This document shows, piece after piece, positions 18,201-26,000 of a DNA stretch of 52,799 bases (position 1 is its first letter; each line of letters begins with the position of its first letter). This stretch comes from a virus. Taxonomy: Duplodnaviria > Caudoviricetes. The stretch is taken from IMG/VR virus record IMGVR_UViG_3300034357_000407, positions 1 through 52,799 of that record; one strand, written 5' to 3'. The position numbers were made by a program, and so were the translations under genes. The notes under the pieces were generated by a model. It did no database searches. It worked only from the letters and a program-made list of their open reading frames with translations, and had not been told where the DNA came from.

Positions 18201-20399
18201 TTGACCTATATTCACGCCATCTTCATTAAGTACAAATACTCTTGATAAGTCTTGGAATATTTCAGCTAAAGACTCTTCTGTGTTCTCTTTTAATAAATCA
18301 GTACCAAGTTCTTTTGCCTCATCTAATCCTTTTTTGGTCCAGCTTTTCCAAAATATATTAGCAGTCTCTGGTTTTGAAAGTAGCGAGTTAAATGATTTTG
18401 ATAATCTTAAAGCTGTTGGTAAATTACCTAATATATCAGCTCCTCCAGTGATACCACCGTGAATTAACTTTTCGGCAAACGTGTGTACTTTACCTATCTC
18501 TCCAGGCTCAACTAAACCTCTTTTAAATCTCTCTTCAAATTCTTCAGATTCTCCAACACCTCTACCGAAACCTGATGCAAAATAAACAGCAGATTGTCTT
18601 AATAAAGGCATAGCTACTTTTCCATATCCTGCAAGCATAGGTAAAGCCATTTGACCTGTTTGAGTAGCTGTTACATCTGATACATAGTTTAGTAAACTAC
18701 TTGCGTTAGTCACTTCCTTTACATCTTCTCTTACAAGTTCTTTTTGTTTGCCTAACTCTTTAGAAAAGTCGTAGTAATTATAATCTTTAAATACTTTATT
18801 GAATAGGTATGAGTCAGCTCCTTGTAAAGGAAGACCTATTTTACCTTTAAGTTTGTCTGATAATTCAGCTAATGTTTGAATTGTCTTAATAGTTCCATTA
18901 ACTGTTTCTGCTGCCGATAAATAAACCTTATCTCCAAAAACACCGTCATAACTTCTTCTTGAGTTATCGAAGTCGTCATAAGCATCTTCTTTTCCAGTGA
19001 ATGATTTATCAAATTTCTCTATGTAGTTAAGTTGAGTATCTAATACAGAATTAAAGTCATCTGCCTTATATTTAATTTCTTCCTCTAACTTACTAACTAT
19101 TTGCTTTAAATTAGGATTTATAGGGCTAGATGCAGCTTTATCTTTATTAGTTTCATAGTAAGATATAAAATCTAAATCATCTTGATTCTTATCTTCTTTA
19201 TTTAAAAGACCATTGTATATATCTGTAGCGTAATCAAAGTTACCAAATATTATCTGGTGGTTTAATACATTCTTAGTTTGCTTTAAGTCGTTATAAAAAC
19301 CATCTACCTTCTCTTTGTTTAGCTTTAATAGGTTTGAGTATTTTACAGACTCTTTATTTAGTGTATTGTATCTTTCAAAATCATTTATTCTTAATGCATC
19401 TTGAATTTTAATAACTTTACCAGATTTAGGATCTACATATTCCTCATTTTTTATTTCGTTTAAGAATTCAGCGTCTTGATTCTCAATATAATTATCCTTA
19501 GCTTCCTTTAATTTTATCTCTTTTGCTTTTTCTTTTAACTGTTCAGGAGTTACGCTTTTACCTTCTTTTTCAAACTCTTGCTTTGCTTTATTAAAGTATT
19601 TATCTATAGATGTTTTATAAGCTACAACTCCAGTACTTCCTATTACTTCACTTGCTTTTTCTCCAATACCAAATGGTAGATTAGAAGCTAAAGCTAAGGC
19701 TGTATTCCAAGAGCCTCTTGCAAAATTTTCTACATTATTAATAAATCCTTTACCAGCTAAAGCATCTTCGAAATCTATACTTTCTTTTGTTAAGTAATTA
19801 TCAAGACCTTCTTGTTGAGCCGCTTTTCTTTGCTTTTGTTTTTCAGACACCACTACGCTTAATGGAGATACTGGAGCGACTTTAAAATCATTATCAACTT
19901 GAGCAGATACAGCTTCCGTAAATGTCTTTGGTTTTACATTGAACTGAGAAGTTATATCTACTACAGGTTTGTTATCAATTACAGCAATTTCTTTTTTCTT
20001 TGCTTCTTTAAATTCTTTTGACTTTTGCTCTGTAAAAGACTGAATAGGTGCGCCAAATAAGGCTTTATTTTTCCCAACAGAAGATGCCGAAGCCCCAGTT
20101 TGAAGAGGTTTTCCTCCAACCGAAAAAGACTTTGCTTTCGTTTGTTGTACAGGAGATACCGAAGGAGCTTCTTCTGAAGTACCAGTCGAAACTGAATTTT
20201 TTTTTTGAGAAGAATTTACGCCAACTAATACCTTGAATTCGGTTATATCTTTTTTATACCCATTATCTCTGAATAATGAATATGAATCTTCTAAAGCTTT
20301 AGGGTTTGTGTTTAATAAAACCTTAAAATCTTCTATTGATTTTTTATATCCATTTTGCTGAAATAGAGCAAAAGCGTCTTGTATTGCTTGTTCGTTCAT
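12249..20399 (-). CDS. Giant (2716 aa) internal virion / DNA-ejection protein
   Basis: Last gene of the podovirus-type structural operon, after two other candidate ejection genes; helical and K/E-rich, with hydrophobic segments near the C-terminus; no catalytic motif recognised. Confidence 0.65.
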   Translation of the reverse strand: MNEQAIQDAFALFQQNGYKKSIEDFKVLLNTNPKALEDSYSLFRDNGYKKDITEFKVLVGVNSSQKKNSVSTGTSEEAPSVSPVQQTKAKSFSVGGKPLQTGASASSVGKNKALFGAPIQSFTEQKSKEFKEAKKKEIAVIDNKPVVDITSQFNVKPKTFTEAVSAQVDNDFKVAPVSPLSVVVSEKQKQRKAAQQEGLDNYLTKESIDFEDALAGKGFINNVENFARGSWNTALALASNLPFGIGEKASEVIGSTGVVAYKTSIDKYFNKAKQEFEKEGKSVTPEQLKEKAKEIKLKEAKDNYIENQDAEFLNEIKNEEYVDPKSGKVIKIQDALRINDFERYNTLNKESVKYSNLLKLNKEKVDGFYNDLKQTKNVLNHQIIFGNFDYATDIYNGLLNKEDKNQDDLDFISYYETNKDKAASSPINPNLKQIVSKLEEEIKYKADDFNSVLDTQLNYIEKFDKSFTGKEDAYDDFDNSRRSYDGVFGDKVYLSAAETVNGTIKTIQTLAELSDKLKGKIGLPLQGADSYLFNKVFKDYNYYDFSKELGKQKELVREDVKEVTNASSLLNYVSDVTATQTGQMALPMLAGYGKVAMPLLRQSAVYFASGFGRGVGESEEFEERFKRGLVEPGEIGKVHTFAEKLIHGGITGGADILGNLPTALRLSKSFNSLLSKPETANIFWKSWTKKGLDEAKELGTDLLKENTEESLAEIFQDLSRVFVLNEDGVNIGQSIDDVIKDTTTFTLISKIFPLMGRGVINRIASTSDKNKISELEKELYYWKGKLGENVSEETKAIYFDRISKIQSNIDKTNLSIIDKVKKDAGGVSAIESLNTEIDNTLQEANKINENKELSKEEKKVLLDAQKELYTSLISNRDALIDGSKTSFDLLPEEVQTKLKDEAKNILKQALIDKGEEEASININAELIDKKAKELYNQKIEEDAKRKQTDGQITNEEKPTTTTEEQAVSTTQQVDAGVQTQEEVITTKDEDLEIQEDEVVTIPEDEIEALRQEVTEQRIEGNLSDNIGQKGYIGSKEGMIKIDDTNQNTIVFETNNEIIELGKVNEDSNRPIASFGISKFPQEGVRTEAKQGKSIPVVKVDGKEYEFVSRARDKKGKAVVKLKEKETGLVRRLSGEKAERILKDVSLQSDKKETKLNLQVAGKEVAGKTDKEIKAEEKKRNSEERRKRREEFQSKTLNELKEEEKKSEELLAKIEEEILDELVKKSKNKDLVKVGQRVFQVTKKQDGTFAVSQVNPEGKLVGIRDEATRNKAIGVFKAKKTKADKKDLQEAQNLIESFKKDERDRIEKLLDKAISALDLKGKGAFDASIALPAYAAKKFLQGIKVSYKAGKTLAEAINDGIKLVRDMGYISVSDFDLKEYALKQLSTKKEDKDAIQEQTTSEIPVQPETAVSEEVEQGEPEAKPEEPTEQGEEKVKPLKEVKSQLQELFNVAKEAISITKNRAKEIYKLKKDLNQFVKSNLVGLDASDIIKSAYQKITSIVQNTTDMNFEGQAEKINDIIDDLYLRRELKDEAILDKKIKEASKDTFYKDKTSGKVTKTKVTDEFKKKIEEAKKNFAKITNPTIADKTVFYLEVNKLLKDGIKARKAINKARDSKSRENANRLAIISLNKNKSIEPKRTVSMSDGMIDKIFDKFSGGIIFNGKIYLNTKSGKSNFIADTKGLSSVSFNPISTSNVASSAEANRKGIKTAFNDIRRRYSTATFSANKFFEPLFSVEGAKEFLDKNWINRLKVYSEKLGRKVSEFRDVRDNFIKDVIGKENFLNNNRILKSNTYDVIKTAVAIFKGGDKSSPLWSFVGRNEIQFSIDINGKKVEGDYLGIIDELDLMIKKDPSIKKFKDQFVSRYIPFDKMKNEGVAALFNMLRQPEGLNKFLNSYSIEDAKSIISYVNENPGIRDVADKSTKLFENIRDYVNPTLDKLGYDTLGEAKYVSKEDALKIKDDKSTRDLYEILDMVYPNGLPEKIPYYPLSAESLSGTNEGNVLEFFEDSENPNADYSLLFPSLFTRTSGGNLNLNDLSVTRSFDNIAKEAITLVQGSDIVSDVRNLYANEGNNVAMISAFGKAWNDKFKTKILNIVRDDAYDTSMGSKDLVGSASRFWVASRSTLRAAQLALNAFSAISQLTGIPIAYAKEGNLKYLKDTLKNLAKKETRNKEFNELKEAYNAIVNSKNYIERTNKRKDNAEVAAIQSINDNLGYRVSGALISDLLIFTTVFDQISVIALTPLYKGKYQVDTQTTTTENIDEFFAEEVNKTLQSNAPFYTGTAFYQKWALALGLGGYLQSPRQIMEMMSSDINSMLRKDGDYASKTKRIIAMSSFGLILPVMIKEALRGSDDEEEESKADKKTSILQFGNKIIDSILESMGFAGTLTSSIKNAALIKYSPDVMEMDVNPSDLKSQDIVMQALKGASPNISITMRGIDNVIDKKEIYTNTDQFLFALETGTGFAGAKLKKNIDYVVAAGSESYDYKDYWSLVTGKVTQDEFKQYEKELNTFRETLDKAVYPRLTPDKTLNTSFLNEKQMNELSKMSFEHKAEYIEDIRLNLMRKSIVEQVEFLKKLGGMDKTKGYYKVRESKIKEELSEDAFKLLENKYYSGENLMTVEELTDKLDEFTKEEGISEETSLSILKEAIKKANNKIDEKFILPAIKKLDKVSKGRDRAKYIYDNVGDLMEGDNIKYIEMMGDDFDEDTSDEYFEIIRKKQNNK
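16097..16225 (-). CDS. Nested +1-frame 42-aa basic protein, MPFKS-type
   Basis: ATG 16225 to TAA 16099-16097: MPFKSKQQVKFLYSQKPQLAKKWSKENPKQNLKSLPSKVKKK; A-rich upstream context. Confidence 0.65.
   Translation of the reverse strand: MPFKSKQQVKFLYSQKPQLAKKWSKENPKQNLKSLPSKVKKK
17450..17575 (-). CDS. Nested +1-frame 41-aa basic protein
   Basis: ATG 17575 to TAA 17452-17450: MQKESKLMGKSPMKKSLQPQPKNKPLAQHSKSMQGCKHKKK. Confidence 0.5.
   Translation of the reverse strand: MQKESKLMGKSPMKKSLQPQPKNKPLAQHSKSMQGCKHKKK
20065..20206 (-). other. Putative -1 frameshift / transcriptional slippage site with aromatic-rich alternative C-terminus
   Basis: A10 run (T10 at 20197-20206 on +); the -1 frame reads FSFDWYFRRSSFGISCTTNESKVFFGWRKTSSNWGFGIFCWEK to TAA 20067-20065. 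Confidence 0.55.
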
Positions 20400-20430
20400 T
20401 TATTGTTTTTTTTGAATATATTATAGTAAA

Positions 20431-21921
20431 CTAATAATTTGTAATTCTTGATTTTATTTCAGGTTTCTTCTTATTAAACCCAGCTAACTCTCTGTATTTA
20501 TCAAACAACTCATCAGTAGAACTTAATCCCAATGCATTTGCTACATTACCAGCTTGGTCATCTGCTTCTCTAGGTATAACTAATTCGTTTCTGTTAGTGG
20601 TCTTTATTCCAGACAAACTTCTTTTAGCTAATTCAAGTTCATTCTTCTTTTCGTTATAAGCGTCTGTATTACTTCTTAATGAAGCAAGTTGTTTTTCTAT
20701 GTCACTAACGTCTTCTTTTGTATATGTTTGACTTTCTGTACCAGTAGGCTCTGAATACTTAACTTTTATGAATTCCTTACCTTGTGCATTCTTAACCATA
20801 TATACGTTAAGTAATACAAGATTATCTACTACCTTAGTACCAACAGGTTTTCCTTTTTCATTATAAACATTCACCTTCAAAGAAGATACTCTAGGGTTTT
20901 TAGCCCCAGAGGCATCCCAAGCGTGTCCTTTACCTCCTCCAGGTAATCTAAAGTCAGTAGGTTTAATTATTTCCTTCTCGTCACCTTTACCTCCTCCATT
21001 ATTACTAGGTGGCGCTCCATAACCTCTCTCAACTTCTTTACCGTATGATTTAGCCATATTATCATAAAAGTACTTAGATGCCGCTTTCTTTTCGTCATCA
21101 GTCCAATTACTTGTCTTTCTCACTTTAGTTGTAGGCTTCATTTCAGATTGATACCATTTAGTCATTGCTGCGTTATCTCCAGCTAATGCGTCTGCTGCTA
21201 ATTGTATAGCTTCTCTTTGAGGTTGAGCCTCTGGAGAATTTATATCTCTAACCTTAACATTGCTATAATAACTACCACTTTCTTTTAATGGAGCTGTAAC
21301 TCTATCTACAACTTTTTTATATTCATCATTTAATTCAATATCCCCTACAAGATTTAGATTGTCTTTTACAAACCCACCTATATATTGAGGCTCTCTCTCT
21401 GTACCATCTTGGTCATACAATTGAACAAATCCTCTACCATCTTTAAATATGTACTTAGCCTTACCATCTCTAAGTTGTTGTAAATCAGACATTACTTCAT
21501 CGTAATTATCTTTATTCAACTTACCAGATTTAGCTAAGTCTTCAGCTGTCTTAAAGTAATCTGCCAAACCTTTGGCTTCATTTGTTATGGTATTCATTTC
21601 GTTTACAGTCTTATCGTATTCGTATAGATACCTAGAATCACCAGTTTGTTCGTATAGTTTTTTATTCTCTATTGCACTATTATAAAAATCCTTATACAAC
21701 TTAGACATAGATTCATCATAGCCAGTTAGACCAGAAGCTGAATAAGCATCAGGGTCTTTTCTATCTTTTAATTCATCTGCCTTTGCTTTTGCTACAGCCG
21801 CAGCCTTAGCCTTCTTTTCTGCATCAAGTTTATCAAATTCAGCCTTAACCATTCCTCCAAAGTCAGGACCTTGAATCGGTTGTACTTGAGCGTATGTTCC
21901 TACATTACCTACTACTGCCAT
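20431..21921 (-). CDS. Putative internal virion / ejection protein
   Basis: 496-aa helical protein between the pilot-like gene and the giant gene. Confidence 0.55.
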   Translation of the reverse strand: MAVVGNVGTYAQVQPIQGPDFGGMVKAEFDKLDAEKKAKAAAVAKAKADELKDRKDPDAYSASGLTGYDESMSKLYKDFYNSAIENKKLYEQTGDSRYLYEYDKTVNEMNTITNEAKGLADYFKTAEDLAKSGKLNKDNYDEVMSDLQQLRDGKAKYIFKDGRGFVQLYDQDGTEREPQYIGGFVKDNLNLVGDIELNDEYKKVVDRVTAPLKESGSYYSNVKVRDINSPEAQPQREAIQLAADALAGDNAAMTKWYQSEMKPTTKVRKTSNWTDDEKKAASKYFYDNMAKSYGKEVERGYGAPPSNNGGGKGDEKEIIKPTDFRLPGGGKGHAWDASGAKNPRVSSLKVNVYNEKGKPVGTKVVDNLVLLNVYMVKNAQGKEFIKVKYSEPTGTESQTYTKEDVSDIEKQLASLRSNTDAYNEKKNELELAKRSLSGIKTTNRNELVIPREADDQAGNVANALGLSSTDELFDKYRELAGFNKKKPEIKSRITNY

Positions 21922-21923
21922 AA

Positions 21924-22652
21924 TTATCTTTGAAATAAATTATTTTGAGGACTAACAAATTGACTTTGAACAAATCCTCCTAAATTACTTGGTACTTGTC
22001 CAAATTGATTAGATGTTGGAGATCCAAAACCTTTAGCTATATCCCCCATATTTTTGTAAAAATCAAAACTAGATTTATTTTCTGTAGTTGAAGTATTAGA
22101 GCTTTCAGAAGGCGGTGTCGGTGGTTTTTTCTTGTCCTTAATAGATTTATCCCAAGCACCAAGACCAGAAATAGTACTTTGAGCCATCCCTCCAATACCT
22201 TGCATCATCTGTTGATTGCCAGCATTGTATTGTGAAGACAACCCTGATATATCTTGCATCTCTCTTTGCTCTTGCATATTTCTAATGTTAGCCTCGTCTT
22301 GAGCGTACATTTGGTCTATCTGTTTTTGTTGCGCATCTAATTCAGCACCAATTTGTCTATTAAGCATTTGATTACCTGCTTCAACTCTTCCAAGACCTCC
22401 AAGTACACCTCTAACACCAGCACCTTGTAAAGCACCAACTTGTGTAGCAGCTAATCTTGCTTGCTCCTCTCTTTGTAGGTCTGCACCTAAAGTGGAAACT
22501 TGCATTCCTTCTGCAATATTATTAAACTCTTGTCTTTGATAATTATCTAGGGCATTTTTTGCGTCTCTCGCATCCTTTGCCCCTTTTATAGCTTGGTATC
22601 CAGAACCTAATAGTCCTACACCTGCCATTGCAATCGAAGTTGCTGCTGCCAT
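21924..22652 (-). CDS. Putative DNA pilot / small ejection protein
   Basis: G/A-rich hydrophobic N-terminus (MAAATSIAMAGVGLLGSG), Q-rich coiled coil, typical position. Confidence 0.6.
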   Translation of the reverse strand: MAAATSIAMAGVGLLGSGYQAIKGAKDARDAKNALDNYQRQEFNNIAEGMQVSTLGADLQREEQARLAATQVGALQGAGVRGVLGGLGRVEAGNQMLNRQIGAELDAQQKQIDQMYAQDEANIRNMQEQREMQDISGLSSQYNAGNQQMMQGIGGMAQSTISGLGAWDKSIKDKKKPPTPPSESSNTSTTENKSSFDFYKNMGDIAKGFGSPTSNQFGQVPSNLGGFVQSQFVSPQNNLFQR

Positions 22653-22663
22653 CTTATATATTT

Positions 22664-23071
22664 TTATAGTATTTTTATTAATTCAGTTGTTCCTCTTGTT
22701 CCTATAGAGAATCCGTTCCCTATATATTTGTTAATTAAATTTTCATTCTTAATAGACGAAAACGCAATTGAATAACCTAACTCTTTAGCCGAGAAAGATA
22801 GTTCATTTAACACGCTTAAAATAGCCTCATTTCTTTCTTCTGATGTGGTCTTAGGGTTTGTAACCATAAACTCTATCCACACCATATTGGAATTAGTGGT
22901 ATACATAAAACCACAAGCTAAATCTTTACCTCCTTCTGAGGCTATAACCCCATTGAATTTACCTAAGTCATATTGCGGTAATGCCTTGATTGATGGGGCT
23001 GGAAATCTCCAAAAACCCCACCATTCTGTTAGCATTTTATAATCAGTATGTTCAGCAATTCTTATATCCAT
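22664..23071 (-). CDS. GNAT-fold acetyltransferase-like protein
   Basis: ACGFMYTTNS...WIEFMVTNP...AKELGYSIAF...YIGNGF pattern. Confidence 0.6.
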   Translation of the reverse strand: MDIRIAEHTDYKMLTEWWGFWRFPAPSIKALPQYDLGKFNGVIASEGGKDLACGFMYTTNSNMVWIEFMVTNPKTTSEERNEAILSVLNELSFSAKELGYSIAFSSIKNENLINKYIGNGFSIGTRGTTELIKIL

Positions 23072-23075
23072 ATTG

Positions 23076-23083
23076 CAAAGATA
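23076..23083 (-). promoter_or_regulatory. -7 promoter element only 4 nt before the ATG (leaderless or near-leaderless)
   Basis: Minus strand reads TATCTTTG-CAAT-ATG. Confidence 0.6.
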
Positions 23084-23089
23084 AAGTAT

Positions 23090-26000
23090 TTATTCAAAAG
23101 ATTTTGCGACTTCTGAATTTATAGCGTACACCTCAGCGTAACCTGTAGTTTGTAAATTAAACCTTGTATTCATATAATACCCTCTAATGCCAGATGTCTC
23201 AATTGAGCTTGACTTAGCTGATAATATAAAGTCTCCTACACTAACTGTAAATGAAAGCATAGGTTCAGGACTTATAGTTATATAATCAGGTCCTATTGCT
23301 GATACAGTTCCAAATAAACTGCCGTTTGTAATGTAAATCTTATCACCCACACTAACCAAACTTGGAACTTCGCTTAAGAAGTAATTACCACCAGTTATAC
23401 TTTGCACAACACCTAAACCTGTTACGGATATAGTACTTAAATCTAAAAAATCATTCCCTCTGATGTAAGAGTAGTAAACACCCTCTTTATTTAGGAAGTC
23501 AGAGGAAGATATATATCCGTTCTGCATATCTGTATTCATAGCCACATTCCAAGCTGAATTACCCTCTATAGATATATTCTTAAATATCTTTCTTGTTGAA
23601 GGCTCTTCGTTAAAGTTGAATGCAAATGTAGATTGACCTAATGTTCCATAAAAGTTATTATAAGACCCTACATTGTGCTTGTAAACATCTGCTCCTTTGA
23701 ATGATAAGAATTCATTGTTTACTCTCAACATACTATCAGGGTCGAATGATTGTCTACCTAAAAATCCATTTACCTCTGGAGAGTAAGACCAAGTAACATA
23801 ATCATACTTAACTGGTAAAGAAGTATAATCTTTCCCCTTAATCTTGTACTTGATATTCATAATGTATATATCAAAGAATGCATCATACTGACCAATTACA
23901 TTTACAATTTCATTGTCTCTAAATAGGGTCTTAAAATAATCCCTCATTCCTGAATTACTTATCTCACTAAGACCATTAGAGTTATTCATTCCTAATACCA
24001 CACCTCTCTTGTCATCAGTACAGAAAGCATTTGTTCCGTAGTCATCATAAGACTCAGGGTGTGATGATATTCCATACTCTCCAGCATATAATACTTGTTG
24101 ACCTAATACATCTTCAATTCTTGATAGGTTAGTTGTCGCATCTGTGTTGTATAATAAATCCTTACCATACAATACCTTACTCCATTTATCCTCTTGAATT
24201 ACAAGTAAATCAGTTTGGTCTGAATCAAGTCTTATAATACTTCCGTATCTCTTCTCTAAATCATCTTTGTAATTAGCTAAATATAAGTTAAACTCATTAA
24301 GTCTATTTACATTTGTGCTTTCCTGATATATACCAGAGTATGTTAAGTCTGCGTATCTATTTACTTGTCTATATATATCTTCACTAACTGCATTTACAGC
24401 GTAATCTAAATTTAAGAAGTTTGTAGTCATCTCATCTCTAACAGATATACTTTCAACACCATTACCAAAACAATAGCAATTAAACACATCACTTAACGTG
24501 TGAGTTGTGAATTGATACTGACCATTATTTATTACATAAGTTCTAGGAGTTTCCACATATACGTTATTATCGCTATCTAATGGTATTGTTTCAAATACAG
24601 GTATACTAGATCGAGTAACATATATATCTGTTTTTGTTCTTATATATCTTTTCTTATATCTACTTGTTCTAGGTTTAAATGATATTTGAGTTCTACCAGC
24701 TGGATCTGGAATCCATTTGTAATCCATCTTGACATCTCCTTCAACTGCAAATTTCTGATAAGCATTTGATGGTTCAATTATATCTTCAAACACAGCTCTA
24801 AAGTCAGCATAATCTCTTGTAAGTAAATACTCTTGGTCTATTTTATTTTCAAATGAACCACCACCTCCTCTATTGCAATAAGATACGAATCTAAGTACAT
24901 TTCCACTTGTAAATCCTAATGGTGTTCCAACTGGAAGCTCTATTTTAGCAGACGCTATATAATAATCATTTAGATACTTACCGTACGTTCCTTGGAACTC
25001 TAAAAAATCATCCTCTGAAACTCTTAAATCAAAATTACCAGCCTTTACCTTAAAGAAAAAACCACTATCTGTATCTGTATCTATTTCGTCTTTATCGTAA
25101 AACTTAGCTTCTAATACCTTTACTTTTACATAACTATTTAAAGGTCCGTTTAAATCGCTCTTAACAACAAGGTAATCACCATCTTTTACTTTATTCTTAT
25201 TATCCCCAACAAGTTCTAAGTAAGAAAATAAATCTACATTGTAAACTTTCTTTGTAAATATAGTATCGTATTTTCCTCTATTATACTTTACAGCAAATTT
25301 ATAATACTTAGCCCAACTAGGAGGTGTTCCAGTAGTCGTTACTTTTAATACATTTTGAGTTACAGAATCGTCAGACTCTACATATACGCTGTTGTTCTTT
25401 GAGTCTATTACAGTTGTCTTTCTTCCTTTATTATCCAAGAATACCATACCCACTTCGTAATCTCTTGAAGAGTGCATACTTGTAAATAACGTTCCTAATG
25501 AATATGATATTAATACACCTTCGCAAAAAACATAATCTATCTTCTCTTCTAAATCACCACTTCCAGTTTCTTCTACATCTAATGTTCTATTTGGTATTAT
25601 TAAGTTTAATACGTTTGTAATAGTGTTGAAACTCGTTAATAACGGATCTACCACAACATTGATAGCTCCAGGTATATTTGAATCAGGATCTGCTAATTGT
25701 GCTGAAAAGAACGTTTCAAGTTGAGATATAAAGTTAGAGTTTGTTATAAAATCCTCTTTAGTTAAGTAAGTTCCATTAACTGTATATGGAAACGTATATA
25801 AATTAAGATTGTCTATAGGTGGCAACAAATCATTTGGAGAGAAATAACTTCTTATATCAAACTCAAATAATATTTGTGTACCATCTGTAACTGGTATATT
25901 TGTAAAATCAATATCTAAAGATTTCTTATTTATAACATTGTCGTTATTAGAAAATAATTGATAATAATCATCTGAATCAAATCCCTTTTGAGATGTTGTA

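Noticed and set aside
20048-20236. Plus-strand 62-aa ORF opposite the giant gene
   Set aside because: GTG start with no promoter or leader; the local codon oddity is better explained by the -1 frame on the coding strand
22100-22135. AAG-AAA-AAA-CC in the pilot gene as another frameshift site
   Set aside because: The -1 frame reaches TGA within about 8 codons and the A-run is only 6 nt
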